DNA from: Proteromonas lacertae
Taxonomy: Eukaryota
Assembly (NCBI GenBank): GCA_002245135.1
Contig: NGBS01000590.1
Coordinates: 1-64,000, forward strand
Direction: 5' to 3'
Length of the DNA: 64,000 nucleotides
In this document: positions 42,601-57,038 of the stretch, piece after piece
Numbering within the stretch: position 1 is the stretch's first letter
Layout: the number at the start of each line of letters is the position of its first letter
Notes under the pieces: model-generated
Database searches by the model: none
The model's input: only the letters and a program-made list of their open reading frames with translations
Told to the model about the DNA's origin: nothing
Program-made: the position numbers and the translations under genes

Positions 42601-42917
42601 TTCACTGCTATGTAGCAATAATTAATTTGTGTTTTATACTTTTCTGTATTATCATCATTATAACAATATTGGGATGGAGTTTGTGGTGTATCTGTTTCGG
42701 AAGGTGAAATAGTGGTTAAAGGAGAAGTAACTAAAAGATCATTATTTGGCATTACATCTTCGGATATTTCTATTGGAGTGACAGATCTAGCTTGAGGGAT
42801 AATATATTCTTCTCTTTCTTTTCGGAGGATTTAAAACTGATTTAGGTCTAGTAATACAACCACTTGGTTGAATAGGTTGGACTTTTTAATATAGTTATAA
42901 AAATATATACAATTCAT
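36602..42917 (-). CDS. Large axonemal dynein light chain (p28-type) domain protein, AXDND1-like
   Basis: LFPSANPNGRDQVAFLNSTLELML...LREITRQVYSECDSRGILLERVRSRY matches the p28/AXDND1 domain. Downstream ORFs join through introns and indels into a ~2000-aa product. Confidence 0.65.
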
Positions 42918-43152
42918 TTAAGTGATAGATTGAATGAAAATTCAAAAACTGTTTCTTTGGGGTTTTTATCGAAAATAATTTTGATAAACCACATTCAAAA
43001 TCTTTGTTATCTCAGTAGCTATTATATAAATAGATTATTCAATAGGTTGAATTGTATTAAGGTGTTAAAATCATTGAATTTAAAGGTAAAAAAATAAGAA
43101 AAAAGAGTAAATTGTATAATAATAATAATAATAAAAGAATTAGTTCTTCTTT

Positions 43153-46100
43153 TTAAGCTAACATCATTGCTCCTAAACCATAAGTTATTGCTAATCGAAT
43201 CTTTTCTTCTAACATCTCATAAGTTGGATAATTTGGTAATTCAATTTGGAAAAAACAAGTATGAGCAATTGGAATATAATTTGATTCATTTTGAGGAGCT
43301 CGAATTATTTGAAATTCATTTGTCCAATGACTTCCTTTCAATGGTAATCTACTTCTTCCCCATGCAAATCGAATGAATTTTCGTCTTTCTTCATGACTAA
43401 AACTTTCCATCAATTTCCAGAAATTCTTTATTACTACATCATCTTTACGATAACCAGAATAGATTGTATGTTCTTTTAAATATTCAATATCTACTTCAGG
43501 TTTACCACTTACACACATTTCCAATTCATTTCCATTTAATAAGAATAAATAACTATTAGGAACAACACTGTATAGTCCACTTAACATTGATTTGATTTGA
43601 ATATCATATATATGTTTTATATAATTAATAATTAATTCAATATGTTTATCGCGATTTAACATCGTTATTGGTTCTTCACTTCCTTCTATATAAGTTTATT
43701 ATTTCACCTTTTTCATTTGTTATTATAAATGCTTGTTGTTTTGGAATTTCTTCTTCACTCTTAGCATTTCTAATGGCTTCTAAATTTTGATATAAATGTA
43801 AATCTAAATCACTTATATCTTCATATTCTAATTCATTTCCAGATAATAAGTTCCAAATACATTTTGGGAAGGTAAATGGTAATAAAGAATGGCTTCGAAT
43901 ACTATATCCCATTATTCGACCTACAAATTCATACATATTCAAATAACTCAATTCATTATTATAACTTGGATTTGGAACATAACAATCACTATCTATTCCA
44001 TGTTTATTCTTATTATTACTCGTTGGAATAAATAAATCAAAATGATCACTGAATAAATCTTCTACCATTTGATGTAATGATTCTCGATATGGACCACCAG
44101 CATCAATTGCACTTTCACCTGTAAAACTTACTTTATATACAAATTCTTCATCACTATTAACACACCAAATATTTTCACCATAATTGTTTAATTGATCGTA
44201 GATTTGTTTAAATACGCATTTTGATTCTAAAGCTTTACTTACTCCTCTTTCTTGACTTCGGTTTGCTAAATGTCTATCTACATTGATATATTGTCTACGT
44301 TGTTGATAAGGATTTCGTCTTAAATCGCACAAGTGTTTTCGAATGTATAAATTCTTTATTTTTGGATGGATTAAATGTTTATTCTCTTGGACTAAATTTG
44401 CAAAACTTCCTTTTATATTTAATTGAGATAAATCTATGAATTTCAATATTTCCAACATATATTCACCAAAACCAGTAGCTGTTGTGATTAGACTTCTAAA
44501 TACTTCCCATTTTGGTATATCTTTATTACCATAATCATTTACATATTTATTATATAAATCATGAAGTTGTTCTGCAGCTTCTATTGTATTATAATTTGGA
44601 TATAATTCTTTATATTCATTTGTCATATTCATCAAATGATCGATTGTTTTACTATTCTCTATTGCTAATGATAAATCATTCAACAAATCCTTCTTCTCTT
44701 CACTTATTCTTTTCAATAATTCTGTATTAATTGTATTACTAGTAGATGGTATAATTGATAGATAAAATCCAAATCTTGAATTAGCATTTGGGTTAGGATT
44801 GACTGTTGGAGGTTTGAATTCAATAGTGATTTTATTCACATCATTAAGTTGAAATTCATATTTTGTGTCATTTGATACTCTTCCTCCCCTATTTCGTTGT
44901 TGTATAAACTCTTCATAACTATCACGACTATTATTCTTATAAAATCGAATATAACCATTTCCTATATCTGTTCTAGGATCAATTATTATTAGAAAATCTT
45001 TTAAAGATTCATTCTCATATGTATAAGTGATTATATTATTATTACCAGCTACAAGTGGATGTGGAGATTCGTATGATTTGGTATAATATTCATGGATCAT
45101 TATATACTCTAAAAATGAAAGTGGTATTTTATGTGAAAAATGATAATTCTGCAAAACAGAATAAAACATTGGAATCATTTCTAATGAGATTGTTTTACCA
45201 AATATGGAAGAAGCAGACATTTGAATTAGATGACTACTGATTACTTTATATTTAGCTACACAGTATAATTCAATAATTGATTTTAATAAGTCTTTTCCTT
45301 TATTGCTATTATCTCCATTCATATTGATATTATCAATGGCATTAAATGCTTGACTAGATAATTCTTCTATTGGTTGAATAGCTGGAATTTCATCAAAGAA
45401 CTTATCATTTCTAAATAACAATGTCAATATGTGTATAATTCTAGATTTAAATGGAGCTGGAGTTTTCAAATATTCTATCAAAGCATTGTATATTTCTAAC
45501 TTAATATCATGATGCTAATAAGTTCATTAAGTTTGGTTGGCATAATAATATATTCAAAGTCCATAACGACCATTCTAAACTGGCACAAGATAAAATGTCT
45601 TTTTCACATCCCCATTCTACACCACTTAAACCAATTACAAAGAATCTATAACCCCAACAATCAGTACTATCACTATCATAACTGAAATGATAATAAACTG
45701 TATTAGAATGTACTAAAAATGATGAATATTTCCTTTGATCTACTTTATTGATAATATTTCTAAATCTTTCATCTAAACTGAAATGTCAAATTACCTCTTG
45801 GACCAATATTACATTTCTCATCAAAGAATATTCTAATTGCTTTACAATTCGGAATTCTTACTTTACCAATATAATCACTCTTACGGAAAGCAGGATGTAA
45901 TGATTCTACTATTTCATAATTCTTTGGATCACTAGTTGTAGTTGATTGTCTTAAATTCCATAATGTATCAGAGATAGTTAATGAACTAAGTGATTTCAAT
46001 ATATGATTAATTCTTTCACAAGGTGATAAATCACTATCTGTTAATATCAATTGTGAAGATGAATCATCTGTTGTTGTTGTTGTTGATACTGATGGTTGTG

Positions 46101-49100
46101 GTAATCGTTGCATTGTTGTGTCATCTGATAATTCTAATATTGATATTTCATAAGCTTGTTTTGCTTCTTCTAATGATAATCCACTATCTACCAACATCTT
46201 GATTGTTTCTTCATAGTTTGACATTTCTTCAGGTGTTTTAGCAGATGTTGGTAAAGGTGAAGGTGTAGATGCAATAACTACAGCTTCTTTTAACGCTTCT
46301 TCTACTTCAGATTGTTGCATTTCATTATTATTAGTGAGTAATAGATTGTTGTATATATTGAATGATTCTTCAAATGGTAAATCAGTAATGTTATTATTAT
46401 TATTATTATTTCTATTCTTATTGTTAATCATAGCTGTTGCATACTTTGTATCTAATGAATAACCATTACTTAATCTCTTATAATATTGTAAGAATAGATA
46501 TGGATCTTCAATCTTATATACATTAGGATTAATCTTCATTAAATGAATCAATATTTCTCTATTCACAATCTTATTCATTGCATTAGAGATAGAAACAATA
46601 TAAGATAATGTATCATTAATATTACTAATATGGTAACCAAAACTATCCTTTAATAATGACACATCACGTTTTAATAGACTATCATGAATACAAACTATGC
46701 TTGACTGATTCTGTAGTATAGTACTGAAATAACTATATCTATTCTGTTGATATAAAAACACTGCCAATATATTCTTATGTGGTTTTCCTAATGAATTGAC
46801 ATGTATAAATACAATTTGTCCTATTTTCATTGTTTCATTACCTGTATATGGAGATATAGTGTAATATTGTGACAATTTATCACTTTCATTATTTGATTCA
46901 TGTACTTCAAATAGTGAGTTAAAATCAACTTGTTGGTTCTTTCTATATATATCTTTAGTAACCGGACCTTTGAATAGACTATCTAAAAGGTTTTTATAAT
47001 TGTTTTTATTCTCTAATAACCACATAGCTGCATCATCTGGATTATTCCTTAATTCTAATGCCTTTTGAGCTAAAGCGATTGGAACCATACAGTTTTCAGA
47101 TAGTGTAATAGCAATACTATAATTGTTATTACCATTTCCACTATCATTACTATTGTCACTATTGTTGTTATGATGATGATGATGATGGCGAATTACCTTG
47201 CTTTCTGCTGTTGAGCATGTTTCTCTTGAATCATCTGTTTAACACTTCCACCAAAGTATAAATTAGCTGCAACATCTGGATTCCATTGACCTAAATCTAA
47301 AGCTATTTCAGCTTCTTCATAACTTGCACCTAAGGCTGTTAAATTGTTAATCAATTTCTTCTCTTCTTCTGTATATGTCTTTGGTTTATTACTTTCTTCA
47401 GGTGGGAAGAGATATGTAGTAACATTAGAGTGATTGATGGTGTAAAATATCTTTGAATTGAATGTTAATAAATGTGATAATTGTAGTGACGAATATGATG
47501 ATGGTAAATCTGATACAGATAAGCAAATATTCAATAATGATTTAGCAATAGATGGAAGTATATTGGATGGAATATTATTATAGTTATTATATACTTCATA
47601 TTTTAGATAACTAAATGTTAATAATGAGATTATATTGTATGATAATTGAGATGATAAACATTCTGTTAGTTTATTATCTTCTACTATTTCATCTTCATTA
47701 TTGTTAGAAGAAGAAATATCGATTTTTACTGGATTTTCTATCATATTTTCATTACAAACATAAACAGTTTGAATTAATTCCGTAATTGATGATACAAATG
47801 GTGTTTTATTCAATGGCAATGTTGGTATACACATTGATGCAATAGAACTATAAGGTAATGAATAATAATCACAAGCTTGAGGATTATATACAATTCTCAA
47901 CTTTGACTCGACTTCTCTCAAATCAATAATAGTACAATCAGACACTGTATTCTTTGTATTAACTTGTATTTTATCTCCTTTGGATAATATTGATAGATAA
48001 CCACCATGAACTGCTAATATTCCTGTTCCTATATAGATATCTTCATTTAATGTTGGTGTAAATGTACTTTTTAGTGTATTAATCATTGTATCTAAGTGAG
48101 AATGTGATATTTCATATATTAATTTTGACCAATTCTCATTATTCATGAAATATCTCAAACATTCAATTAATTTGGATGATTTCCATACCAAATTATTACC
48201 ATTATAATTACTATATGATTTAATACAATTATCATGAGAAGGCCATATCAATCCTGATGATGTATAAGGTGATTTACATTGTTTACATTGAGCTGTACCT
48301 GGTGCATTATCGGTTGAACAATACAAACATTTCCACTGTACAGAGCTATAGTATTGTGTATAGTATTGTGTTTTTACACTCAAATTATTATTGTATAATA
48401 ATATTTCACCTAATTCTAAGAGTAATAAATGAATGAATCCTTTCAGTGTATTATCATTTCCACTAATAATAAGATCAGTTAAACCATGTTGGAAACAGGT
48501 TAATATAGATACTTGGTTAGGTATTGTGGTTTTAGTGTATAATTCAGTTAATAAAGAGATGATATTGTTATTACTAATCCATTGTCTGAATGATTTCGTA
48601 TTTGCAATATGTGAAATATGACTTAATAATACTGTCAATTCTCTTGTAATTATTGATTCATCATTGGTGAATAAATATAAATCAATTTCTTTACCACTTT
48701 CTTTACTACTTGAATTGATAATTGTTTCTAATATTTGTCTATCTTCGTTATAAGGTAATGGATTGTATTGATTGTAGAAATGTAAAGATTTCTCTAATTT
48801 TGATTGGATATAAGAATATAATATATTCATATAAGACAATGATGGTTGTAATGTAATAGTAGAAGCTGCTGTAAATGACATTTTGTTGTATCTTGGTACA
48901 TCTTCATTGGTATTATTTGAATATAATGTTTCAAAAGTTGTTTCTAATGTCTTTTCATATAATCTCTTCTTTAATTCACCATCTCCATTGATACTTGTTA
49001 TTATTAATAATATCAAGTAATTACAAGTTGAATCAATATCGCAGCATGATAATATATCTTGATGTTCATTTCTATGATAAGTTGTTGTTGGAGTCAATGG

Positions 49101-52100
49101 ATCTATACTTAGTGTCTTTTTACCACCAGTTGAAGATGTATTTGTAGCTGTTGATGTAAAACTACGTGGAGGTAATGGATATGGAACTGGAGAAATTGAT
49201 GATCTAAATAATAAATTCCCTTCTTCCTCCATCATTCTTTGAGCAAAACCTTCTAATTCATTGTAATGATTATCATTATCTTCATCATTATCATTATCTT
49301 CATCTTCATTATTATTATTATTACGTTGATGGTTATGATTTCCATTTTCATCATCATCATCATCGTCTTCTTCTTCTTCTTCACCACCTTCCTCCTCCTC
49401 TTCTTCTTCGAGTGATTCATGAACTGGATTACCATTGTTGTTTTCATCTTCACTATCAATATATTCAAAGTGCATATTATCTTCACCTCTTCCTTCTGCA
49501 TTACCTTCACTACCACCACCATCATCATTTCCATCTTCTTCTTCACCATCTCTTTCATCAATTTCTATTTGACCATTGTTTAATTGCTGAAGAAAGTTAT
49601 CATCCACTATAAATTCTCTTTCTCCTTGTTGCTGTTGCTGTTGCTGTTGTTGTTGTTGTTGTTGTTGTTGTTCTACATCTTCTTCTTCTTCTTCTTCTAA
49701 TCTTTGCTGATTATCTTCTTCAATTTGTAATTGTTGTAATAATATACGGTTTCTTGTCGATTGCTGTGAAACTGCTGGTATAGTGAAAATATTACCTCTA
49801 TTCTGTGGAGGTGGAGGTTGTTGTTGTTGTTGTTGTTGTTGTTGAGATTCTGAAGCTGGTCTTACTGGCTGATTTCGTATTATCGATTCTAATAATGGAT
49901 TATTAGATAATCTAACTGAAGAATGTTGTTGTTGTAGTTGTTGTAGTTGCTGTTGTCGTTGTTGTTGTTGTTGTTCCATATTATGAAGTAATTGTTGTGC
50001 TTGTTGTAGTTGTTGTAGTTGTCGTGGTTGTAGTGTTGCTCTAGGTAATCCTCTTGGTGCAAATACATCAGGAGGAGGAATAGCACCACCACCGAAATGC
50101 CTATGTGTATCTTGTTGTTGTTGTTGTTGTGTTAGTTATTATTATTATTAGAATTTCTATTTCTATGTTGTTCTAATGTATGAATTAATCTTTCTCTCAC
50201 TTCTTCTGTTGTAGTAAAACCTCTTCTCATATTCATTATTTCACCTTCTTCACCACCACCTTCACCTTCATTATCATCCATCATACCATCATTATAATTA
50301 TCATTTTCATAATCATTATTATCGTTGCTATCTTCATAACTATTGTTAATATTTCTATAATTCCTTAATACATTAGAAAATATTCTATTATCCATTTCAT
50401 TTGGAATATTAGATCTTAAATCTACTCTATAAAAAGTACTATTAATATTATTTCTACCATTATCATTCTCACTACCAGGAACTGGAATTTTTAATAATAT
50501 AAACGCATGGTAAGCTAGTAATTTAATTATATCTTCACTGAGGTATTGCACATAATAATGAGGTGATAAACCTGGTTCAATGCCATGACTTCTCCAGAAA
50601 TTCTCAGGCAAATTGATAGAGATTAATTCAAATATTAATTCAGCTTTGTTAAAATAGTTATTAGCTACTCCATCATATAATGAACGATATAATTGTTTGA
50701 AGAACATACCTTCTATTTAAATATTAAATAATATATATACGGTTTGTAATATTTGGATTTCTAATAACAAATTTCTTATCAAATTTCATGATTTGGTTTA
50801 ATAAATCAATAATATGTGATTCTTCCAATATCCATGTATCAGATTCAGTATAATCCAATCGCTAATTCTTTAACAGATAATAGATCATCATAATATTGAT
50901 TATTGAAACAAGATAACATTGAATTCTTGAAGGAGATTAAGAAATTCATAAATTCAAATGATAAAGTGAAGTATGTTTTTGGCTTACATCCTTTTATAGC
51001 TTTTGTATAGTGATGATATGATATGATATTATCATATGTTGTAAGATTTATTCCTTCTTCAATACCAGATAAACTGTATAACAATCTATTCATTATTGTT
51101 ATATTTGAACCATCATTACTAGATAATAATTGATTGTATAACTTAAATCCCATTATTCTAAGCTTAGCTCGAATTTCTCTTCTCATTAACAATTCAACCA
51201 TTAATTTATTATTAATCATATATCCGTTACAAATATAAGATATAGCCGTTTTGATTTTATTATTCAATTCTTCAACTGTAGTATTGGATTGTTCATATAA
51301 TTCACACTGTTGTATTAACAAACATCTTTCTTCCATTTGTTTAATATAATCATAGAATGTAACTGGTAATGTAAAATTTAATCTTCTTTTCTTCATTCTA
51401 CTACCTCCTATTGAATTACTGCTTACTGGACTTGGTAATGGAGATATTGATATTTGTTCTTGTTTCTCTTGTTGTTGTGATTGTGGTAATAATTCATCAT
51501 CATCATTATTACTATTTTCATCTTTTCTATAATATTGTCTCATTTCTCTCAAGTGTTGAATAACAGTTGATAATGACAATATCAATGTTTTAATAGATGT
51601 ATAATCAAACTCAGTTTGTTGGTTTTCATTGAATATAATAAACATTTTATAGATTTCTAATGATTGTCCATATAGATAGGATAGACTACATAAAACATTG
51701 ATTATTGTAACTGATAATTCTGAGTCATTCAATAATAATTGTGGCATTATCATTGGATTGATCTGCTTAAATGCATTCACTAGAAATGACATTGTATTGT
51801 TGATATTTGAGTGTAATGAAGTACGAAGCTGATTGGTTGATACATCTTCTTTAACTATCTTAGTTTTCTCAATAAATGAAGAGTCTTCAACACTATTTTC
51901 ATCCAATAAGATTGTATCAATATATTTCTTACTATCAAATGATTGTAATAAGAATTGAATGAGTTTTGTAGATGTAATTGCTGGTAAAGATTGGAAGAAA
52001 TAAGATTGATCTGCTAATGTTAATCCTTTCAATTCAAATCTACAATTATTATTATTATTATTACATGAATGAATCATTGTGTCAAATGTATCAACATCAT

Positions 52101-54156
52101 ATTTAGCTATGTAATTATTGATGAATAGCAATATCATGTTATTATATCTCATATATGTCAATGTAGATTTATTATCTTCTTTATTATTTATTCTTACATC
52201 TAATTCTGGATAGTTTATACCACTATTATCAACTGTATGTGGAATAACTCCGATTAAATCATAATTAATAACAAATGGTAATTCACATTGGCCCATAATA
52301 TTCTTCATATTCATTAATCCATTACTAAATAATGATGAATTTAACCATACAGATGTATCTTGTTCTTCATACGATACAGTCAATGATCGAGTTAATAATG
52401 AAGCAGAATAACCACATACAAATGATATATAATCATATAAACACTCAATCTGAGTTGTTGCAGTATTATTATTAGAGATATTTAACTTCATATAATCATA
52501 TACATTGTTTCTTAATGATATTAAATCACTTGAAACAACTGAAATTAGTGGGTAAATAAACTCATCTGGTAGATTCACTAATATAAACAATATCAAGTAT
52601 AAATCAGCAGGTAATAATTGATATATCAACGTACTTTCATTATCAACAGTTTTACTCTCATTTAATCTTACAATATAATCTCTACATAGTATAATTAAAC
52701 CATCCATCATCTCTATTAATAATAGAAATTTTGATTGTATTAGTGTCAATGATTGTTCATTATGATCACATTTAGCTATTTCATAGACTATCTGAAACAC
52801 AGCTGATTCTAATATATATAAAACCAAACTTTGACTCAAACTATTATTCGAATCTTTCAATGATAATGATATTAAAGTTCTAAAGTAAATTTCTTTGATT
52901 TTGGGGTAATAAACATCTCTTTCAAATCGACACATCTCTCGAGGATCTGTTAATAATGGTTTAAATTGATCTACAATCTGATTGGATAGTATATTATCAT
53001 ATTTACTGGCATTTACTAAGATTTCTAACTTCACTCCTGGTTCAGAATAATTCATCACGTTTTCACAATAATTACTTAATATTGTTGCTAATTTCAAGTT
53101 ACTTAAGATCTTTATATTCTCTTTATAATTTGCATTAGATTCATTTGTCCAATCATTGTATTTTATAACGGTCATATTTATAATATTTTGGAGTTGTTCA
53201 AATACATCTGTATAACAGTATTGAGTTGCCTTTATATCTCTAGCAAATAGATATTTCAACTGATGATCTAATATTTTAAACAAACACACCAATAACTCCA
53301 AGTCTTCACTTGTATTATTATTAGAATTCATTATTGATTTGATATATTCTAATAATATATATAAATAGTGTGGATTATATTCAACATAATGCCATTTAGT
53401 CTCTTTTAACTCTGATATTAATCGAATGAATGTAGATATATATTGACTGTTATTATTTGTTGTGGTTAATAATGATTTATAATTACCAACTGTGTTTGCA
53501 TCAATATTAACAGTTCTCATATTCATCAAGATGTGGTTTAATAAATCTATAGACTTCTTATCTAATTGTAGTTTATTAAGATAGAATAAGAACTGTAATA
53601 AGTAAGAGACTGAACCAGTTTGAAAGATTAATATTAATATTAAATGAGTAGTTAAATTGGTTAGATTATTATTATTATTATTATTATTATTATTTAAATA
53701 ATCAAATAGATATTTAAATATATTTCTTATAATATAATCATATTTCTTTTCATCTGGCACTGTTCTATCTACTTTAACGGATCTAATTGTATAATGGGTT
53801 TGACTGGGGTTTGAGATGAATATACTAATCAACTCAATATCGTATGGTTTTCTTAATGATTCTTCCAGTATAATATTTACATATTTATCATGGATATTAT
53901 CATCATTTACTGTATAATCGATTTCTACTGGAGGAATACCGCATTCTGTTGAATAAATGATTGTTATTTTCATACTAAATGATAAAAAATATGAATATAT
54001 ATATATACTCTTTTGGTAATACATCACAATCAAATAGGAATTCGATTCTTTCTATTGGATCATTCATTCCTGTACTGGATTCACCAAACGTATAGAAAAA
54101 TGTAACATTCTTTTCATTAATTGATCTTGGTAATGATGATTCTATATAATAAATAC

Positions 54157-54189
<33 letters not shown>

Positions 54190-54925
54190 CTGAATATTCC
54201 ATTGAATGTATATTTCATAAATTTACCTGTTATTGTCTTTGCTAATGCTGATGGTTGAGAATATGCTAGAGATCTATGATGTATTATAAATATAAATATA
54301 CAGACAAAATCCAGGCAAGTTATTACCAATAACAGAATTCAATTGATTCAAGCCATTTTCATATTGTTCAGGATTTGACAGCATTTCAGCTATTATATGG
54401 AAATTTGCATTAGCTATTAAGGCATTTACTTCTCTATAGGTATGCACTTTCTTAATTCTATTATCTGCATTATCCTATTGAGATATATAACTAATTTATT
54501 GATACTATTCCCAGCTTATAGTCAGCAAACTCTGTATATATGAAACTAAGTAAGTTTGTAATTCTATAAAACACTGAAGTGCCTGGATGCTTCAGTTCTA
54601 GATGTCTCAGGATATCATTTAAGAATTCTGGATCAGTCTCTGCGCTCTGTATACCTACATCGTATTTTCGATCATGATGCTGACAAGACTTCAATGCGCT
54701 CTGATCACTTTCTTCAGCAATACCGAAATTGTTCATAATTCGCTAAATGTTAATAAAAGACCTATATACGGTTCTTATTTTCTTCATATAATCGGAGGAA
54801 TATGGATTAGATATAACACTTTTGAAAAGCAGGTTTAAGAAAGTTCCCATTGAAGATACCGTCTCAGGGGATATCTCATCAGGAGGATTTTTAATATCAT
54901 ACAGATATTGTAGAGGAGTCGACAT
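43153..54925 (-). CDS. Giant HECT E3 ubiquitin ligase with UBA domains, RanBP2-type zinc finger and polyQ/acidic tract
   Basis: FTGESAIDAGGPYRE, FIRFAWGRSRLP and catalytic AHTCFFQIELP; UBA-like LTALGASYEEAEIAL and ALAQKAL..NPDDAAMWL; WKCLYCSTDNAPGTAQCKQC. The 5' boundary is uncertain. Confidence 0.8.
49360..50150 (-). repeat. Coding CAA/CAG, GAA, GAT and AAT trinucleotide runs (polyQ/E/D/N)
   Basis: Several (TTG)n/(CTG)n runs on the plus strand within the HECT gene. Confidence 0.9.
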
Positions 54926-55185
54926 TACTGGATTCTAGTAAATAAAACATTAGATGTAAAAAGGAATAAGAAGAAAAAAAAGTTGAAGATGCTGAATCAA
55001 TATATATTCATACCCTTTATAACTGTAATAATATAAAATTAGCACTGATAAGCTTATTTATAACAATAGAAATCAAATGAAGAATTCCTCAAGCTGATGG
55101 TTTGAAGTGAAATTTCTTTTTTGTAATTTCTCATTTTTACATAGACAAGCCAACAAAAACAGATAGAATGTATAGAACAATAATA

Positions 55186-56269
55186 TTAATTAGTAATAGA
55201 TGTGTTTTTATTGTGAACAAATCTTTCAAAATACTCTTCCCATCTTGGATCGTCTAATCATTTGATAAATAGTGTAATATACTTGGTTTTGACCATATCT
55301 GATCTAAAAAGGCTTCTTCATCCGTTTGCAGAGGAGGCAAAGCTTCATTGTTTTCTATTTCCATCTTTTCAGGACTTTCTATCTCATCTATCGTATAATC
55401 AGTACTATTAACAAACAAATATTTCATATATATATGTATATTTATACCGAATTGTCTCCATTGTAGAAGGTGACATGAAATAGTCAATATTGTCATTCAA
55501 ATTATTATTCTTAACCATTTCCAGTTGTTTTGGTAGTTTTATTGCTTTACGATTGTATTGTTGTTGTTGTTGAATTTGAATATTAGAATTTGGTGTGTAT
55601 TTACGTGATAATACTATCACAATAGTTGCAGTGACAGTTAAAAATACACCACCCTTCAGTAAATATTCTGAATACAGAGTATAGTAATTTATTATCATTG
55701 AGGATATGGCACTCACTGTATCTGATATTATTCGACGAGGTTCTACTTTATTGTATAGTTCAACAGTATCATTCGCATTCTTTTCGTAAATTACGAATTT
55801 TGTTTTGATATTATACCATATATCCTAATTCATATGAGTATATAAATTGAATAAAACTACATTTTTATCACTGATTGTAAAGCTTATTCCATCTAATGGT
55901 TCCACATAGTATTCATCACAAATACTCCTTACAGTGATATTAAAGGCTTTAAATAATTAAATAATATAACTGTACTGTATAAATATTCTAGTATAACCAC
56001 ATTTATCTCTTCTAGGCCTTTCAATGTATTATAGAAAGACCATTCATCTATGAAACTGTAATAACAGAAATATACTATCATTTAAATAATAGACATCAGT
56101 AGTAAAGCAATTGTATTGGATTTCTGACGTATTTGAACTATCATAAGTCAAATCATACAAAGCTTCAATCTCATTTGGTAATCTATTCTCATGAATTAGT
56201 AAATAGATACAAGTTATTGTGAAAACAACTGCCAAATGCTAGTAATACAACGAAGTAAACGAGTTTCAT
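55186..56269 (-). CDS. Putative type I membrane protein, unknown function
   Basis: Signal-like MKLVYFVVLLAFG; TM-like GGVFLTVTATIVIVL followed by SRK; several tiny introns. Confidence 0.55.
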
Positions 56270-56368
56270 CAAGATCCTTTTTTTAATTTTCAAACTTTCA
56301 GGCTTGATGTTAAAAAACCAAAACCTATCAAAATGACTTAAAAATACAAAAATATGTTAATTTAATAT

Positions 56369-56994
56369 TTATTTACGACTACCATAAGCAGGTTTAAGAG
56401 TCTTTAAATGTTTAGGATCATATAAACAATTACCTAACACATTTCCAAAATGTCTCAAAGCTCTTTTCTTTGCATCAGTAACAGCTTCCTAAATATAAAA
56501 TCATATAAATTTCATCTTATACTTTCTTTGCTTTATCAAGTACCATTCCTCTTGTTGAACCTGTAGCTTCACCAAATCCAACATCTTCATGTGAACATCC
56601 ATCTTTCAACTCAACTCTTACTAAAGCAGTCACTCCACAATTCCAAAAGCCATTATCAGTTTTATCTAAATAATCTGTTTTTATATCTAAAACTTTGTCT
56701 GACCATGCATTAAATCTACATATGATAATATTAATAACGTAAATACCCAAAAGTTTTATTAGCAATCTCAATTGCTTTCCAACCTTCTATATATGATAAT
56801 GACACACCTCCTGGACCTTTTCTTTTGGCAACAACTTCATCACCAAGCATCATATTCAATCTCTCTGTTAATACACTGATTTCTTCATCTGTAAATGGTT
56901 GCGTTCCAAATAATGTACCGCTAGCAAATTTTCTAACATGTGATAATGATTTTAATGACTTAAAACAACGAGATGCCAATTTAGAACTTAACAT
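56369..56994 (-). CDS. RAD52: Short Rad52/Rad22-family ssDNA-annealing protein with presequence-like N-terminus
   Basis: [36 protein letters not shown] and [28 protein letters not shown]; the protein ends right after the core domain. Confidence 0.9.
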
Positions 56995-57038
56995 GGTTTA
57001 TCAAAATAATTTATTATTTTCGCTCCAAATTATTAAAA

